A stretch of 64,000 nt of DNA from Oopsacas minuta (Eukaryota > Animalia > Porifera). This document shows positions 13,201 to 24,918 of the stretch, one piece after another; positions within the stretch are counted from its first letter, which is position 1; every line of letters begins with the position of its first letter. The stretch spans positions 853,690-917,689 of the forward strand of contig JAKMXF010000354.1 in the NCBI GenBank assembly GCA_024704765.1, written 5' to 3'. The notes below the pieces were generated by a model that saw only the letters and a list, made by a program, of their open reading frames with translations, had not been told where the DNA came from and made no database searches. The translations under genes and the position numbers were made by a program.

Positions 13201-14496
13201 AGCTAATCTGTACTATTTATTATTTATTGAATGTATTATAGGTATTGAGAGCAAAGATATATTCTCAGGTAGAAGGAACTCTTAGAGTGTTTCTGTACAC
13301 AAATGATTCTGAAGAGTTAATTAATAAACTGTTGCTTGACAAAGGTTATGCTCTCCCTGCTGAGGAGTCGTATCAATCTATGTCCGCTCACGAGAAGGCT
13401 CAGGAGCCGGAATACACATTTTCCGACCACTTCCTAGACGATAAGCACCAAGAAAGCTCGCCGCCTCGCTTTACACAGCATAATACTGATGCCAAATTGT
13501 ATCTGAAAGGTCCTTCTTCCCCCTACGAAGTGTCTTTCTACTCTCTGACAAAGATAGGACTATTGAAATCTGCTCGGATAGAACGAGAATCTGTTAATTC
13601 GGTCTGTCTACACTATGAACCTCAGGATAAGCACGAGCGACTTATGGTCTCAGCCTTTGTTGCTCTCAACTCCACCGCTACCTCTGTTATAGCCCGAGAG
13701 ACTACACTAATGCCTAACATAAACGGTCTCATTTATATTATAACTCTCCTGTTTGCTCCATTTGTAGAGCTACGTACTGATGAACTCAAGAGGTCTTTTA
13801 TCGGAGCTCTATGTGGTCTGGGGTACGATAGCCTGATGCAGCCATACTTCCCAGAACATGATATATCATTAACTTTTGATACCCAAATAACTCCAGTGAG
13901 TAATTGATAAAATTATTTATTTTTGTTTACGTGTATATATTTATTCGTGTGTATTTTCATAGGAAGACATTGCTCAGATAAACTCCATACGAACTTTTGT
14001 TAACACAGCACTAAAGTGTAATCAGGATTTTAAGATACCCTGGAATGATTCTTTTGTTCGTCAGAATCAAGCGATAGCTAAACAGCAATTGTTAGACTTA
14101 GTTATCAAGGATACTAGGCCCTCTATAGAGGTGACTCATTTCCCTAAAGCATATACGTGGGGAAGAATTGAGTTAACAGATTTGATTAATAATAACGATG
14201 ATACAAATATTGGTGATGGATTAAGCTTACGACCTATATACAGTCTACTTAACAGTGTTAGGCTCACTGTATACGACCCGAGCACTTACTGTGTTCCCAC
14301 TCGAGTGCTAATTATGCGTAGAAAGATGATAGAGTTACAGAACCTGGCTACTTGTTCTCAGATACCTATCGAGAATTTATTCTGTGAGTTATGTAATGCT
14401 CGTTGTCAAACTCCAGCAGAGTTGACAGCTCACATTTCATCTCGACAGCATATTCTCTCTAACCTTGAATTAATGGATAACTCTATTTACCAGTAG
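7274..14496 (+). CDS. TDRD9: TDRD9/spindle-E: DExH helicase, HA2, RRM, Tudor and C-terminal zinc finger (piRNA pathway)
   Basis: Exons approx. 7274-7606, 7669-8025, 9879-10151, 10215-10742, 11186-11549, 11614-12109, 12153-12641, 12702-13181, 13242-13895, 13963-14496. N-terminal QIEDWFS, GSTGSGKTTQ|VPQYIL, CTQPRKIAA, LDE|VHER, QRRGRAGRV, Tudor (YYRGK...HYMDFGN) and the TDRD9-specific C-terminal block ERLMVSAFV...ARETTLMPNI.GL. Confidence 0.92.
8228..9274 (-). CDS. Divergent B-type cyclin, intronless, nested antisense in TDRD9 intron 2 (8026-9878)
   Basis: Cyclin box MRVTLTDWL...YQLIGLAALSIASKFEEI...DNAYT...MEKQI...PIHFLR...EHSLAKYLVELSLL, similar to cyclin B. Confidence 0.82.
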   Translation of the reverse strand: MDQENEQVTNIEMSMSLTSSQEYNLKEEQLEVEVFSGDEKKQLDTHNSQATHLLISSMTQLSTQAKSDTETAHLSLPMQDLIYNPEYSQQIFQAWLQLESLPCYTIPPNFLSCTSIQRTVLQQMRVTLTDWLISIQLYLNISNEALQLTLNITDRYTANSPASLSKSNYQLIGLAALSIASKFEEIAVPGLKLLCDLADNAYTRQQLAAMEKQIYFSLDCSISNPQPIHFLRYFSILLSRDTLEHSLAKYLVELSLLQQPEAAHMRASIRAAVCLSLSSRLIVNSGHVLQCLARVLEMGQHELQGCMDSLVSHVKRVTCEKGAGLFVYQKYSDKKFSHVSTLQCLKDL

Positions 14497-14770
14497 TTTG
14501 TACTGGCAGTAAATTCCATTCAATTTTTGTACTAATTTTAAAGATCTTACTCTTATTAATCTGGTTGGTAGGATCAGATATGACAGCAATAAAGGTATTT
14601 TCTATTATTGTTTCCATAACTTTACCCGCAGGTGTCATACACATCTAGTTTGCTATATAATTATTATTTTTGTATTCTTAGAATCAGAAATTATTCGTTT
14701 ATATTTTAAAGATACTTTCCTCTTCACTTTGAGGAGATTACCTAATAATACATAGTATTATTCACAATAT

Positions 14771-15928
14771 TCAATATACATTTGAATAGTTCTGTTCTAT
14801 CAATTTCTTGATCAGGTCTTGCTCCTTCTCTCTTCTCTTCTTCAGTATAGTTCTCATTTTGTCGGTTATCACTATGATATGGATAATTACTAGACCAGTT
14901 AATATTAAGAACAATAGTAGAGCTTTTAAGAGGTAATTGATGTTTTCTATCAGTAACAAAATGTTTGTATCTGAGATTGACAATTCTGTGTTTATATTTA
15001 TATCTACAGAATACGTTAGTTTGAACCAGCAGGGGTTAAGAATGAAAGTCGATACGATTCTTATGAATATCATTTCGAATATATTAAATATTTGTAGAAT
15101 TCCCATTGTTGATATGATGAACTCTGCTCCTATCTCTGCCCATTTTTGATTATGTGCCTCCCTATTTAACAAAGAAGTATCGTTGTAACACTCATAAACT
15201 AGATCTGTTAGATGTTGTCTTCTCATTCTCTTCAATTTCTTGTAGTACATTAGTATTATAGGAATGAAGATCAGTGAAACTATTGCGTATATGAGACTTC
15301 CAAGTAGTATTGTTTGAGGCAATGCGAGTAATACCAGTAAGATTAAGCTTGATGGAATAAGGGTAGCTATCATCCATTTAATGCTACGTACGAGTTTCTT
15401 CCTCTCTTCCTTCTTCTCTATATATGCGAACTGACAGAATAGCATTATTATTGCGAATAGGCAATATGCACAGAACAATGCAACAAACGTCAGAGAATCT
15501 ATCAAACACGATAAATATTTGTATTTTCCTAACCTCTCTATTTCATCGACAAATGTCCAGTTCTTGAGACAACATCCTTCTATACAAACTAGTGAATCCT
15601 GGCTGTTGAAATGTTTGTCGTAGATAACATGGTTAACTACTGGAAATATTAATGCACTCATTTCTATGATTATTAGAATTATCACCATTGAGAATTTATA
15701 GTAATTGAACTGAACATTTTGTCTCAACTTTATCGTATACCCATCTATGCAGTTTTCTTTGAGTCTTCTCAGTCTTTTACGGGTGAAATTCAGGAAAACA
15801 GAAGTATTTAATGCCCAGAATATGAGTAATCCGAGAACGATGGCAGCTGGTACCATAGAAGCATATGTAATAATTATCTTCAGCTTTAAGATAACTTCGT
15901 TTACATCAATATTATTCAACTCAATCAT
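14771..15928 (-). CDS. Orphan ~7TM membrane protein (family member 1), intronless, 385 aa
   Basis: Long ORF with about seven hydrophobic segments. Shares the YYKF..V.I..I.E motif after TM1 and a basic amphipathic loop after TM5 with the genes at 21992 and 35329. Confidence 0.72.
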   Translation of the reverse strand: MIELNNIDVNEVILKLKIIITYASMVPAAIVLGLLIFWALNTSVFLNFTRKRLRRLKENCIDGYTIKLRQNVQFNYYKFSMVIILIIIEMSALIFPVVNHVIYDKHFNSQDSLVCIEGCCLKNWTFVDEIERLGKYKYLSCLIDSLTFVALFCAYCLFAIIMLFCQFAYIEKKEERKKLVRSIKWMIATLIPSSLILLVLLALPQTILLGSLIYAIVSLIFIPIILMYYKKLKRMRRQHLTDLVYECYNDTSLLNREAHNQKWAEIGAEFIISTMGILQIFNIFEMIFIRIVSTFILNPCWFKLTYSVDININTELSISDTNILLLIENINYLLKALLLFLILTGLVIIHIIVITDKMRTILKKRREKEQDLIKKLIEQNYSNVY

Positions 15929-16392
15929 TTTATTTACATTAATAATAGCTATTATTGAGTTAATTTATACTTTCTACATTTGTAGAAAGTAAGTAATATG
16001 ATTCTTAGGAAATGATAATATTATTTCTGCGTTGCTCGGCAGAAATAATATTATCAATTCCGTAGGCGACAATGGCACAATGCCTACCATCTTGTATTTA
16101 CACGTTATCCTATTCTAAAATTATCATTTCTTTTGTTTTCATCAGTAACAAAATATTACAAGGTTTTTCCTGTTAATATACAGGGATTATCTCAAAAATA
16201 TGATTCTACTAATCAGTTTACACTTTTGATATCGTAATACTGTCTGATTAATATTCTTATCATTTTGTGTAATTAACTCCAATCACTATGTAATTGCTGG
16301 CTAATCTCTGGGAACTTTCCTGTTTAATGCAAGTACTATATATTAATTTTATCTAAATATATAATTCCTGTTATGTAAAGTTATTCACAGAA

Positions 16393-18121
16393 ATGAGTGA
16401 TTCAGATGAATGGGCTAGTGCCAGTGACTCTGAGTTACAAGATATTGCAGTAGAACCTGAAATAATTGTGAAATCTACAAAACTAACTGATCAACTACCT
16501 CAAAATGATATCACTGATGAAGAAGCTACTGTATCGAAGATCGATACGATCAATAAAGTAGATAATATTCAGATATCTAGCATAAAATCAACAGAAGAGA
16601 TAAATAACTTTGATGTCTTAGCTTCTAGCGAAGATAAGGCAGAAGTCACAGCATCTGATCCTCCACCTTACGAGTATGTCATTAACATTATTGTATTACA
16701 ATCTTACATATTGATATGTTTTAGTGTATTCTTATAGATTAAACACTAATATCCTTGAAGAGAAGCAAATCACAACCCAACTAGATACATCCAATTTAAT
16801 TCCCTCAGTCAGTTCTAATAAAGATAATATTGTATCTACTCCACATGCGACAGGGGATCAGGCAGAGACTCCTCCCTCATCATCCTGGAGCAGCTGGGGT
16901 TCTAACTGGCTGAGTAAGGCTGCTAACTCAGTAGCCTCATCAGCTCATAACATAGCATCTAAATCTGAAATAGGAATATCCTCTATAGTAACTGGTGTAG
17001 AGTCTCGATTCGGTATTCCTACACCAGAGAGTATAGCTAATAGGGATGTAGTGGATACGCCTAATACTAGAACAGATGCTGCATTGAGTTTAAAGGAGCT
17101 AGCTCAGAAATTGAAGGAAGAACAGACTGATTCAACTCAAGTAGAAACTGTAAACATTCCAGATGAGGTATCAGGCCTCCAAGGAGAGAATACTGAGAAT
17201 AATTCCTCAGATAAACAGGATGCAGAGAATATAGATGAATCTACTGGATTCTTCTCTTCCTATGGAATAACATTAACTAATAAGATCGTGTCGGGGGGGT
17301 TGGATACACTAGAGAACATTGGTAAGAAAACTATTGGGCTGATATCTGAGGGAGATCCTGGCCTCAGAAACAAACGAGCATTTGTCCAGGAGCAGATTGA
17401 TATAATTACCAAGGATAAACCTCTAATCACAGATGATACTGATATTAATGAGCAAATAGATAACTCACCTATCTTGACAAGTTTCCATACAGAATTTGAA
17501 CAACTACAAGGTTATGTGTACTTAGAAGCTATGGAGATATTGTCCAGTGAATGTGAAGCTAAGCAGAGACTCAAAATGCACTCTGTGTCCACGAGACAAC
17601 ACGAAGAAGGTGCTACTCCAGATGTATTAGAGCTTACGGAAGAAATGTTTGAGATAAGTTTTGAATCAGAGATAGGGAGTTGTGAATTAGGAGATTTGCT
17701 GCCATCTTGTAAAGGTCTAGTTAATTTAGAACGTGTACAACAAACTGTGAGAGAACTGGAGCAATGCTATTGTAGTTTTGACAATATAGATTTATCAAGT
17801 GAGACATTATTACCACAACTAAACTCAGCTATGAAATTAATAGCTATAATATCAAGTCAGTTCATACAAATTATAAGGAAAGTATCAGAGCTATATCTAG
17901 CTCGGCAAGTTCCAGTTAAAGAGACTCTGTCTCACACAAGAGAGCTAGCTCTAATCGCTTATAAATCTATAGATAAGATCACTACACGAATAGCATCGAT
18001 AAAAGTTAGTGATGACGTAATAGGGAATAAGTTTATACTGGACATGAACTCAGGAGTTACGTACATACAAGACAGCTTCAGTTTGTTAAGATCCATACTC
18101 AAGCATGGTAGCTCCTCTTAG
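16393..18121 (+). CDS. FAM114A2: FAM114A family protein (Noxp20/FAM114A2-like)
   Basis: Exons 16393-16673 and 16738-18121 with a phase-2 GT-AG intron. Motifs WSSWGSNWL, SGGLDTLENIGKKTIGLISEGDPG and FEQLQG...LEAMEILSSECE. A1 versus A2 cannot be resolved. Confidence 0.8.
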
Positions 18122-18259
18122 AGCAAACAGCAATAATGTGCTTTTTCTGTATTCAAATATTTGTGTGAATATATTGAATGCTATTACTTTACTTCATTTC
18201 AATAACTGGTTCATTACATGTATTTATCTAACTAATTAGGAAGTTGTTCAGCTGATTGA

Positions 18260-20332
18260 ATGGCAACAAGACTATCAGTAGATTACAAGTTCTTCAAGAA
18301 TAAATCTCAAGAATTACAAGATTACATTTCCAATAATTTACTTTACGATTTTGAGTTTATTTCAAATTATTTAGACTCTATTGAGTCCTCAGATCAATCC
18401 TCTTGTATTGAAGATCTAAAAGCACAGTGGATTAATTGTTCACAGCCTTTACAATATGGACAACACTTGAAAGGGAAACTTGTACTTTTCGATTTCTTTA
18501 CTTATTGCTGTATCAACTGTTTACATGTTCTCCCTACATTAAGAGAGATAGAGAGAGTTCATAGTGTTAAAGATGGTCTCGTGGTTATCGGCGTACACTC
18601 GGCTAAATTTGTTAATGAGAGAGATACTAGTAACATAGAACATGCAGCAGAGCGTTATTCAATTACTCATCCTATTATAAATGATCACGAATTAACTCTA
18701 TGGAATATGTTTAGTATTTCTTGTTGGCCTACCTTCTTACTTGTCAGTCCAACTGGTAGAATGTTATATGTTATGATAGGAGAAATACTTGTGAACAAGA
18801 TACCACAGTTAGTAGACCATGTACTTAGATATTATAGAGGGAAATCACTGATTCTCCCACACGAGCTGCCTATCTTAAAAGGCTCTGTTGCAACACACAG
18901 TTTTCTTAAATATCCCGGAAAAATCCATGTCAACAGTGAATCTGGTCACATATACATCAGTGATACAGGTCACCATAGAATTGTAGTGATACAATCTGAT
19001 ACAAGTTCTATTATTAGCATTATAGGCAGTGGTAGAATTGGCTTGAGAGATGGGCCTATAGCTCAGGCTGAATTTAATTCTCCCCAGGGCCTAGCGAGCA
19101 AGGGAAGCATGCTGTATATAGCCGATACTGAGAATCATGCCATTCGACAGGTGGATCTAGAGAGGGGAGTAGTTAGCACCCTGTGTGGTACCGGGAAACT
19201 GGGTCTAGACAAAGAGGGAGGTGGAGTCTACAAGGAGCAGGAGATAAGTTCCCCGTGGGACTTAGAAATAGGCGGGGATAAATCACAGCTGTTGTTCGTA
19301 GCCATGGCAGGGACTCATCAAATCTGGATTTTATTTCTCACAGACAGTCTCTGGCTGAAAGGCACTAGTTACAAAGCAGGTACAATGCTACGCTTTGCTG
19401 GAACGGGTGATGAAGCTAACAGAAACAACAGCTATCCACATAGAGCATGTTTTGCTCAGCCGTCTGGGATTAGTATAAATAGGAGTGGTGGGTTGCTGTA
19501 TATTGCTGATAGCGAGTCAGGGTGTGTCAGGAGTTTGAGTCTGAAGGATGGTGCGGTTAAGGGAGTGGTGGGGGGAGGATTAGATCCCCTAGACCTGTTC
19601 TCTTACGGTGACATAGATGGAGAGGGCAGAGACGTAAGGCTACAGCACCCTATGGCAGTAGCTTACAACCTAAAGAATAATTCTGTATTTGTAGCAGATG
19701 CTTATAACCACAAAATTAAGGTTATCAGTATTGTAGACAAATCTTGTATTACTCTAACTGGTAATGGGAAAGCAGGATGTGTTGATGAAATGCTGAAATC
19801 AGCTCAATTCTATGAACCGTCAGGGCTAGCACTAGACTCAGTTAGACAGATCCTCTATGTAGCTGATACCAACAATCATACTGTTAGAGCTATTGATCTT
19901 ATAGCTGGCAATGTTAGTACATTATCATTAGAGAATACAGTGTATAGCAAGTTAGAAGGAGCTGATGGAAGTTTTGATGTTAAAGTAGGGAATACTTGTT
20001 CTTTGATAATTGTGATGAATTTTTCTGAGTCTCTGAAGGTAAATCCTAAGTCCTCATGGGAAATTGTTGTCCCTCTACAGAGCTCCAGCTATGTATCAGC
20101 TCCAGTAATGAAAGGTAAAATATCCCTTGATTCTACTAGCAAACTCCTGCTAGTATATTCACATGCAGATAATCCGGCAGATATACAAGTATTCATACAT
20201 CTCTATCTAGAGTATTGTGAAGGAGTTCTCTGTAAAATATCACAGAAGTTCTACTCTGTTTCCTTTCTGTTTGATGATCATTGTACAGAGTTAGAGCAAA
20301 GTTTGTCTATTTCTGTTAACGAACTGTCTTAG
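18260..20332 (+). CDS. NHLRC2: NHL repeat-containing protein 2 (thioredoxin-like domain plus NHL propeller), intronless
   Basis: DFFTYCCINCLHVLP and VIGVHSAKF.NE motifs, repeated NHL blades (IADTENHAIR, SSPWDL, AMAGTHQIW, QPSG, LQHPMAV). Confidence 0.95.
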   Translation: MATRLSVDYKFFKNKSQELQDYISNNLLYDFEFISNYLDSIESSDQSSCIEDLKAQWINCSQPLQYGQHLKGKLVLFDFFTYCCINCLHVLPTLREIERVHSVKDGLVVIGVHSAKFVNERDTSNIEHAAERYSITHPIINDHELTLWNMFSISCWPTFLLVSPTGRMLYVMIGEILVNKIPQLVDHVLRYYRGKSLILPHELPILKGSVATHSFLKYPGKIHVNSESGHIYISDTGHHRIVVIQSDTSSIISIIGSGRIGLRDGPIAQAEFNSPQGLASKGSMLYIADTENHAIRQVDLERGVVSTLCGTGKLGLDKEGGGVYKEQEISSPWDLEIGGDKSQLLFVAMAGTHQIWILFLTDSLWLKGTSYKAGTMLRFAGTGDEANRNNSYPHRACFAQPSGISINRSGGLLYIADSESGCVRSLSLKDGAVKGVVGGGLDPLDLFSYGDIDGEGRDVRLQHPMAVAYNLKNNSVFVADAYNHKIKVISIVDKSCITLTGNGKAGCVDEMLKSAQFYEPSGLALDSVRQILYVADTNNHTVRAIDLIAGNVSTLSLENTVYSKLEGADGSFDVKVGNTCSLIIVMNFSESLKVNPKSSWEIVVPLQSSSYVSAPVMKGKISLDSTSKLLLVYSHADNPADIQVFIHLYLEYCEGVLCKISQKFYSVSFLFDDHCTELEQSLSISVNELS

Positions 20333-20448
20333 AGTGATTATAAAAGTTTGTGAATTTTGTTTACGATAAATATTTTGAGATTTCTACCCTTCATTAATCT
20401 AGGTATATGAAACATTAACATGCTATTATTATTTCTCGTAAATAGTGA

Positions 20449-21374
20449 ATGTTCTCTGAGGTGCTACAGCGATCAGGTCACTGGAGTAACCTCAAAATTC
20501 ATCTCAGTAGAGATTGGATTAATAGCTTAGAATCAAAATCTTATATTGAAGAATTGTTGAATGAAGATGGAACTAAGAAATTCTTTACATTATACGATTC
20601 GCCGCCTATACCAAAGGGCGTGCCTGACGATCTTAAGCCTGATTTAAAGAAGTTTAAGGTTTATCTTATTGGAAAACCAGGGGCGGGTAAGACTAGCATT
20701 AGCCACACACTAATAGGACTTAAGAGGGACTTTAAAGTTTATGAGTCACTCGGGATAATAGTTCAGACTATATACTGGCCAGTATGTGAGCTGGGGAAGG
20801 GAGGAAAGGAAAGTAAGATTAGAATGGTCTGTCTGGAGCTATGGGACTGTGGTGCTCGTGTTTCAGCTCAATACCCTTACTTAATGCAGGAATGCACTAA
20901 GAATGCTGACGCATGTATTCTCGTGTTCTCACTGACTGACAGGGCTTCTTGGGATGATATGCCTAACATGATGGGGAGAGCTTCTGAGTTTCCTACCCTA
21001 CAGGTATCGTATAAATAGCAGAGTTTAATCATTTTATATCAACTATTCTATTACAGATGATGATCGGAACTCGATTAGACAAACTACATGACTCACAAGT
21101 ACGCGTAGAAGAATTGCGACATTTTGAGCGGCTCTATAATCTCCCCCTGCTTCTTATCGGGAGTAAGTCAGAGTCAAAAGACTCCACTAGCACCAAGAGA
21201 CCTACTTCTCTGACATCATCATCATCATCATCATCATCTGCTTCTCCAGCTGCTTCAGATGCTAAACAAGCTATCTATGATATGTCAGGATTCATAACTC
21301 AGCTCTGTGAGTATTTGCTCAACGCTCAACAAATTCAACAATTGCAATTATCTAGTTTTGGCTCGCAAATATGA
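20449..21374 (+). CDS. CPLANE2: CPLANE2/RSG1 atypical small GTPase (ciliogenesis)
   Basis: Exons 20449-21003 and 21057-21374. P-loop GKPGAGKTS, YWP, ELWDCG and FSLTDRASWDD match the RSG1 pattern. Poly-Ser tract near 21213-21240. Confidence 0.8.
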
Positions 21375-21991
21375 AATCACTTAATTTCTCTTCAAGGTTA
21401 AGTTTGTGACATGGCGGTACTAATACTAATTTCAATTCTCTTAATAGTCAGTAACTGATAGTAATCCTTAACTATACCATATATGTATCAAATACGTAAG
21501 ATTTTGTAAGTAATCACTTGGATGCACCATTAACTTGGCAATGAATACAATTATTTTGGCAAACAAAGCAATTAAGTTGGCGAATGGTTAAAACTATACG
21601 CCCTATATATTGGTATCATTTCAACATTTCCCTTTGTAGAGTGTGGATTCATATACTCAAACACATCAGGTACTTCACTACATCCACATATTCATCCTCA
21701 GGCGTTGCGCCTTCTCAGCTATAATCTAGCTATAATTGAATTTTCAGTTGGCTAGATAATATTACATTCGTAATCTCTTCTGCCTATTATCTGCTAAGTA
21801 TTTTCACTATTATTATTATTATTATGAGCAACTTCTCCTGATTGATACATATATTCAATTACATCATTGTAATCTGGAAGGAATCACTGATTACCTGTTT
21901 GTAATCTTTTATAAGTAAATTTAGAAAATATATGTTATACCACGTTTTTCTGGACATATAAATAAGAAGCTCAGGACTATTACTTGTAAAT

Positions 21992-23029
21992 ATGAATAAT
22001 ACTCGATATTATATTTTATATTCACTCCACCAAGGCGATTTTCAAATTTTTATCATTACCATCTCTGCTGAGACTTTAGCATTTCCTTTCTATGTTTGTT
22101 GGATTGTATGTTTTCTGTACGAAATCTTCTATTTGAGGAGGAAGATTCACGGACTTCTCTACAGAGGTTCTTCTTTTGAGACAGATAATCTCCTCTACAA
22201 AACAAGAGGAGATTACTACACATACCTTCTCTTCGTAGTAATCGCAATATTTGAACCACTTTCTTTAGTACCAGTAATCCTTTCCGGCCTACCAACACAA
22301 GTTTATTTTAGTGACAACATCTCTCCAAACTACTTTGATCTTTACCTTGATGTAGCTCTTAATTGTAGAGTGTTGACATATATATTCCAATTCTTTACAG
22401 TTTTCGTTGTTAATCTTCTTACCTCACATCTGATACGTGTATGTAAATCAAATACTCGCATACAGCTCTTACCTCCTATTCAAAATAAACTAATTCTGCT
22501 AACTTTGATAATTCTCCTGCTGGCTATTATTAAATTGGCTATATTAGAAGTTGGCGATCTTATTATTATGGTCTTTAGTAGTCTACTTTACAGTTTCGAA
22601 ATATTTTGTTTAATTAAGAATTCAAAACAGCTCTATTATTTGCTTAAGTGGAGATATGAAGATCTCAGGAATGAACTTAATTATCCTCTCTATAAAGCTC
22701 ATAGGAGAATAGCTCTCAGATATAAATACGTCACAATCTGTTTAACTATTTGTTTCGTCATTCTGAATATCTCTGCCTGGTTTTATATACCAATCAGTAT
22801 CTTCCTGACCTTACTAAAGTATCCGATCAATATCCCCGAGCTTCTTATTTTGCCTTTTGAAATATTAAAGTGGTTTGATCTTGTATTGGCTATAATTGGT
22901 TCTGGCCCTCAGATTCTCATTGTAGCTGGATCATTATACTATATCGTTACTATGTGTTGGAATAAACTTGTGTCTGGATTTGGTAGAGAGAGAGTTCATT
23001 ACTTATGTGAGCCGATACTACAACGATAA
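21992..23029 (+). CDS. Orphan 7TM membrane protein (family member 2), intronless, 345 aa
   Basis: Seven hydrophobic stretches, YYTYLLFVVIAIFE motif, basic loop KNSKQLYYLLKWRYEDL...KAHRR. Confidence 0.72.
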   Translation: MNNTRYYILYSLHQGDFQIFIITISAETLAFPFYVCWIVCFLYEIFYLRRKIHGLLYRGSSFETDNLLYKTRGDYYTYLLFVVIAIFEPLSLVPVILSGLPTQVYFSDNISPNYFDLYLDVALNCRVLTYIFQFFTVFVVNLLTSHLIRVCKSNTRIQLLPPIQNKLILLTLIILLLAIIKLAILEVGDLIIMVFSSLLYSFEIFCLIKNSKQLYYLLKWRYEDLRNELNYPLYKAHRRIALRYKYVTICLTICFVILNISAWFYIPISIFLTLLKYPINIPELLILPFEILKWFDLVLAIIGSGPQILIVAGSLYYIVTMCWNKLVSGFGRERVHYLCEPILQR

Positions 23030-23189
23030 CAAAGAATTATGAAGTGATTATAATTATTTATTTTGGCTTGTATTTGTAATTTTTATTTATAGCATATCAT
23101 TTTAATCTTATTTAGAAATGCCACAAAATCATGAATTACACATTTCTTACAGTATCAATTCAATTTTGTTGTTCACTGCTGCAGTACAG

Positions 23190-23678
23190 GTTTTTGTGCA
23201 AAACTGATTCTGTTTCTCGCAAGTGAGCGTCCTATCTTGTTCAGGCAAACTGCAACCAAATTCTATGGCATATATCCTACTATTATTAAGAGTGAAAAGT
23301 AACCAATACTGCATAACACACACTACATCCATTTAATTATGGATATGAGAGTTAGAAGTGTTGAATTGTGCTTATAGTGTTAGATTTATTAATGAATATT
23401 GCCAACGTATGCAGCCAAGCTGATTTAATCTGTACGAATACTCCTATTAGTAACAGTATTGTCAGATATTTGTATCTGATACCTATTCTCCTATGAGCTT
23501 TGTAGAGAGGATAGATCTGTTCGTATCTGAGGTCTTCAAGTCTCCATTTAATTAATCTGAAAAGTTGCTTTGAATTCTTACATAGACAACTATCTTGTAA
23601 ATTAAGCGATTTGTATAATTTCCTGTAAGCTCTAAAATGCTCAGAGCTGAGGAAAAAGGTAAATTGAACCATCAGCAT
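23190..23678 (-). pseudogene. Decayed inverted paralog of the 21992-23029 7TM gene
   Basis: Translates KNSKQLFRLIKWRLEDLRYEQIYPLYKAHRRIGIRYKYLTI, close to the intact gene. A downstream frame reads WM*CVLCSIG...MP*NLVAVCLNKIG with in-frame stops, matching the last TM. The 5' half is missing. Confidence 0.75.
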
Positions 23679-23777
23679 GATTATGTGATCTAATCACTGG
23701 TCCCTAAAAAGTTTACCAAGTGTATTTTCCCTAAGTATAATGCTTACAGTTGAATGCTAGATCTGTAACAATATAGT

Positions 23778-24719
23778 ATGGCTAGGAGAATCTCGCTCAC
23801 TCAGTTGAACTCGAACAGTCAGGCTAGAGAACTGCCACGTTTATACTTAGCTCCTGCCCCTTCACATGAATCCCCTTGTTCCTTTTGTCACTTACCCCAC
23901 CAACACCCTCGATTTTCACACCCTCTAGCCCAACAATCAGCATCTTTGCCTTATCCTACAAAGAGTAACACAAAACAATATTTGTTGGTTTTTATTCTGA
24001 ACAAATCTTATCACAAATGGAGAACATTTCCTAATTACAAATTTACAAATTTCCTACCATTCTCTCTTGCTGTTGATCCGAGCCTATTTGACCGTCCCTC
24101 CCCTCTTGAAGTCTCACAGACTCCTCTGGCTCGGCTTTCATCACAAGAAGATTCTCCTCTAAATGAGAGAGCGGTGGAATACAACACAAAACTATCTCAA
24201 CTTCTGCTCGAACTTAAAACAGAACTTCCTTTATTCTTTGAGAAATCTCATCCTTACCATTTATACACGAATGATATTGCATTCAATTTCAATTACTCTC
24301 CGATTTCTTTCAAACTCAATTCTAGACTCACCTACCAAATTCTCCTTGCTTCTGTTCGATTAGTATTCCGACTAGTGTACTCAGATTTAGGATTAGATCT
24401 TTTGAAAATCACCAAATCTGAATCAGATTACTCTATACATACCAGATGGCGTCTTACTTGTATAAACAGATTTTCTATTTCTAAAAAACCAGTTCTGTTT
24501 GACGCAATTTCCACGTTTTATATGAATGAAGATGGTCTTATAGACCGACACACGTTGGAGAGGGTATATAAGGATTCACGCAAGGTTCCTACCCTCGCCT
24601 GGCTATTTATAGCGATAGGTTTCTACCCGTCAGAACTAAAAGATACAAGTTCAGCTGTTGAGTTCGCTTCTAAAAATAAGTGGAATGGGAAGAACTCTAA
24701 ACCAAGGTCTAATGTATAG
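23778..24719 (+). CDS. C6orf136-like (DUF2358, NTF2-like fold) protein
   Basis: C-terminal half LFFEKSHPYHLYTNDI.F...IHTRWRL...FDAISTFYMNEDGLIDRHTLERV resembles C6orf136. The N-terminal part may hide an intron. Confidence 0.65.
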   Translation: MARRISLTQLNSNSQARELPRLYLAPAPSHESPCSFCHLPHQHPRFSHPLAQQSASLPYPTKSNTKQYLLVFILNKSYHKWRTFPNYKFTNFLPFSLAVDPSLFDRPSPLEVSQTPLARLSSQEDSPLNERAVEYNTKLSQLLLELKTELPLFFEKSHPYHLYTNDIAFNFNYSPISFKLNSRLTYQILLASVRLVFRLVYSDLGLDLLKITKSESDYSIHTRWRLTCINRFSISKKPVLFDAISTFYMNEDGLIDRHTLERVYKDSRKVPTLAWLFIAIGFYPSELKDTSSAVEFASKNKWNGKNSKPRSNV

Positions 24720-24793
24720 AACAATACACAATCATATATTTTCTAGTTTATATTATTATGTTGAACTAGTTTGCACCGAAAATTCACAATATA

Positions 24794-24867
24794 CAGTTAA
24801 CTCCCGTTAAATCAAACACGGATATATCGAAGTAATTATCGCGGTCCCTTGTGCTTCGATATAACTG
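24794..24867 (+). mobile_element. MITE family A, short copy (TA-flanked, Tc1/mariner-pogo-like TIR)
   Basis: Core ATATCGAAGTAATTATCGCGGTCCCTTG.GCTTCGATATAACTG is shared with 56950-57079 and with the reverse complement of 63322-63457. Preceded by TA; the right end is degenerate. Confidence 0.7.
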
Positions 24868-24918
24868 TATGTAGTTACTTATGACCAATTGTTATTAATT
24901 ATTCATTGCTGTTAGTTA

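Noticed and set aside
16100-16300. Short match to the 7TM gene at 14940-14960 (tgttttc..atcagtaacaaaat), possible decayed paralog
   Set aside because: About 20 nt of AT-rich similarity is not enough without a computed alignment.
21610-21830. Hydrophobic, stop-interrupted frame upstream of the 21992 gene, possible further 7TM relic
   Set aside because: No family motif recovered, and AT-rich DNA with an ATT microsatellite translates as hydrophobic by default.
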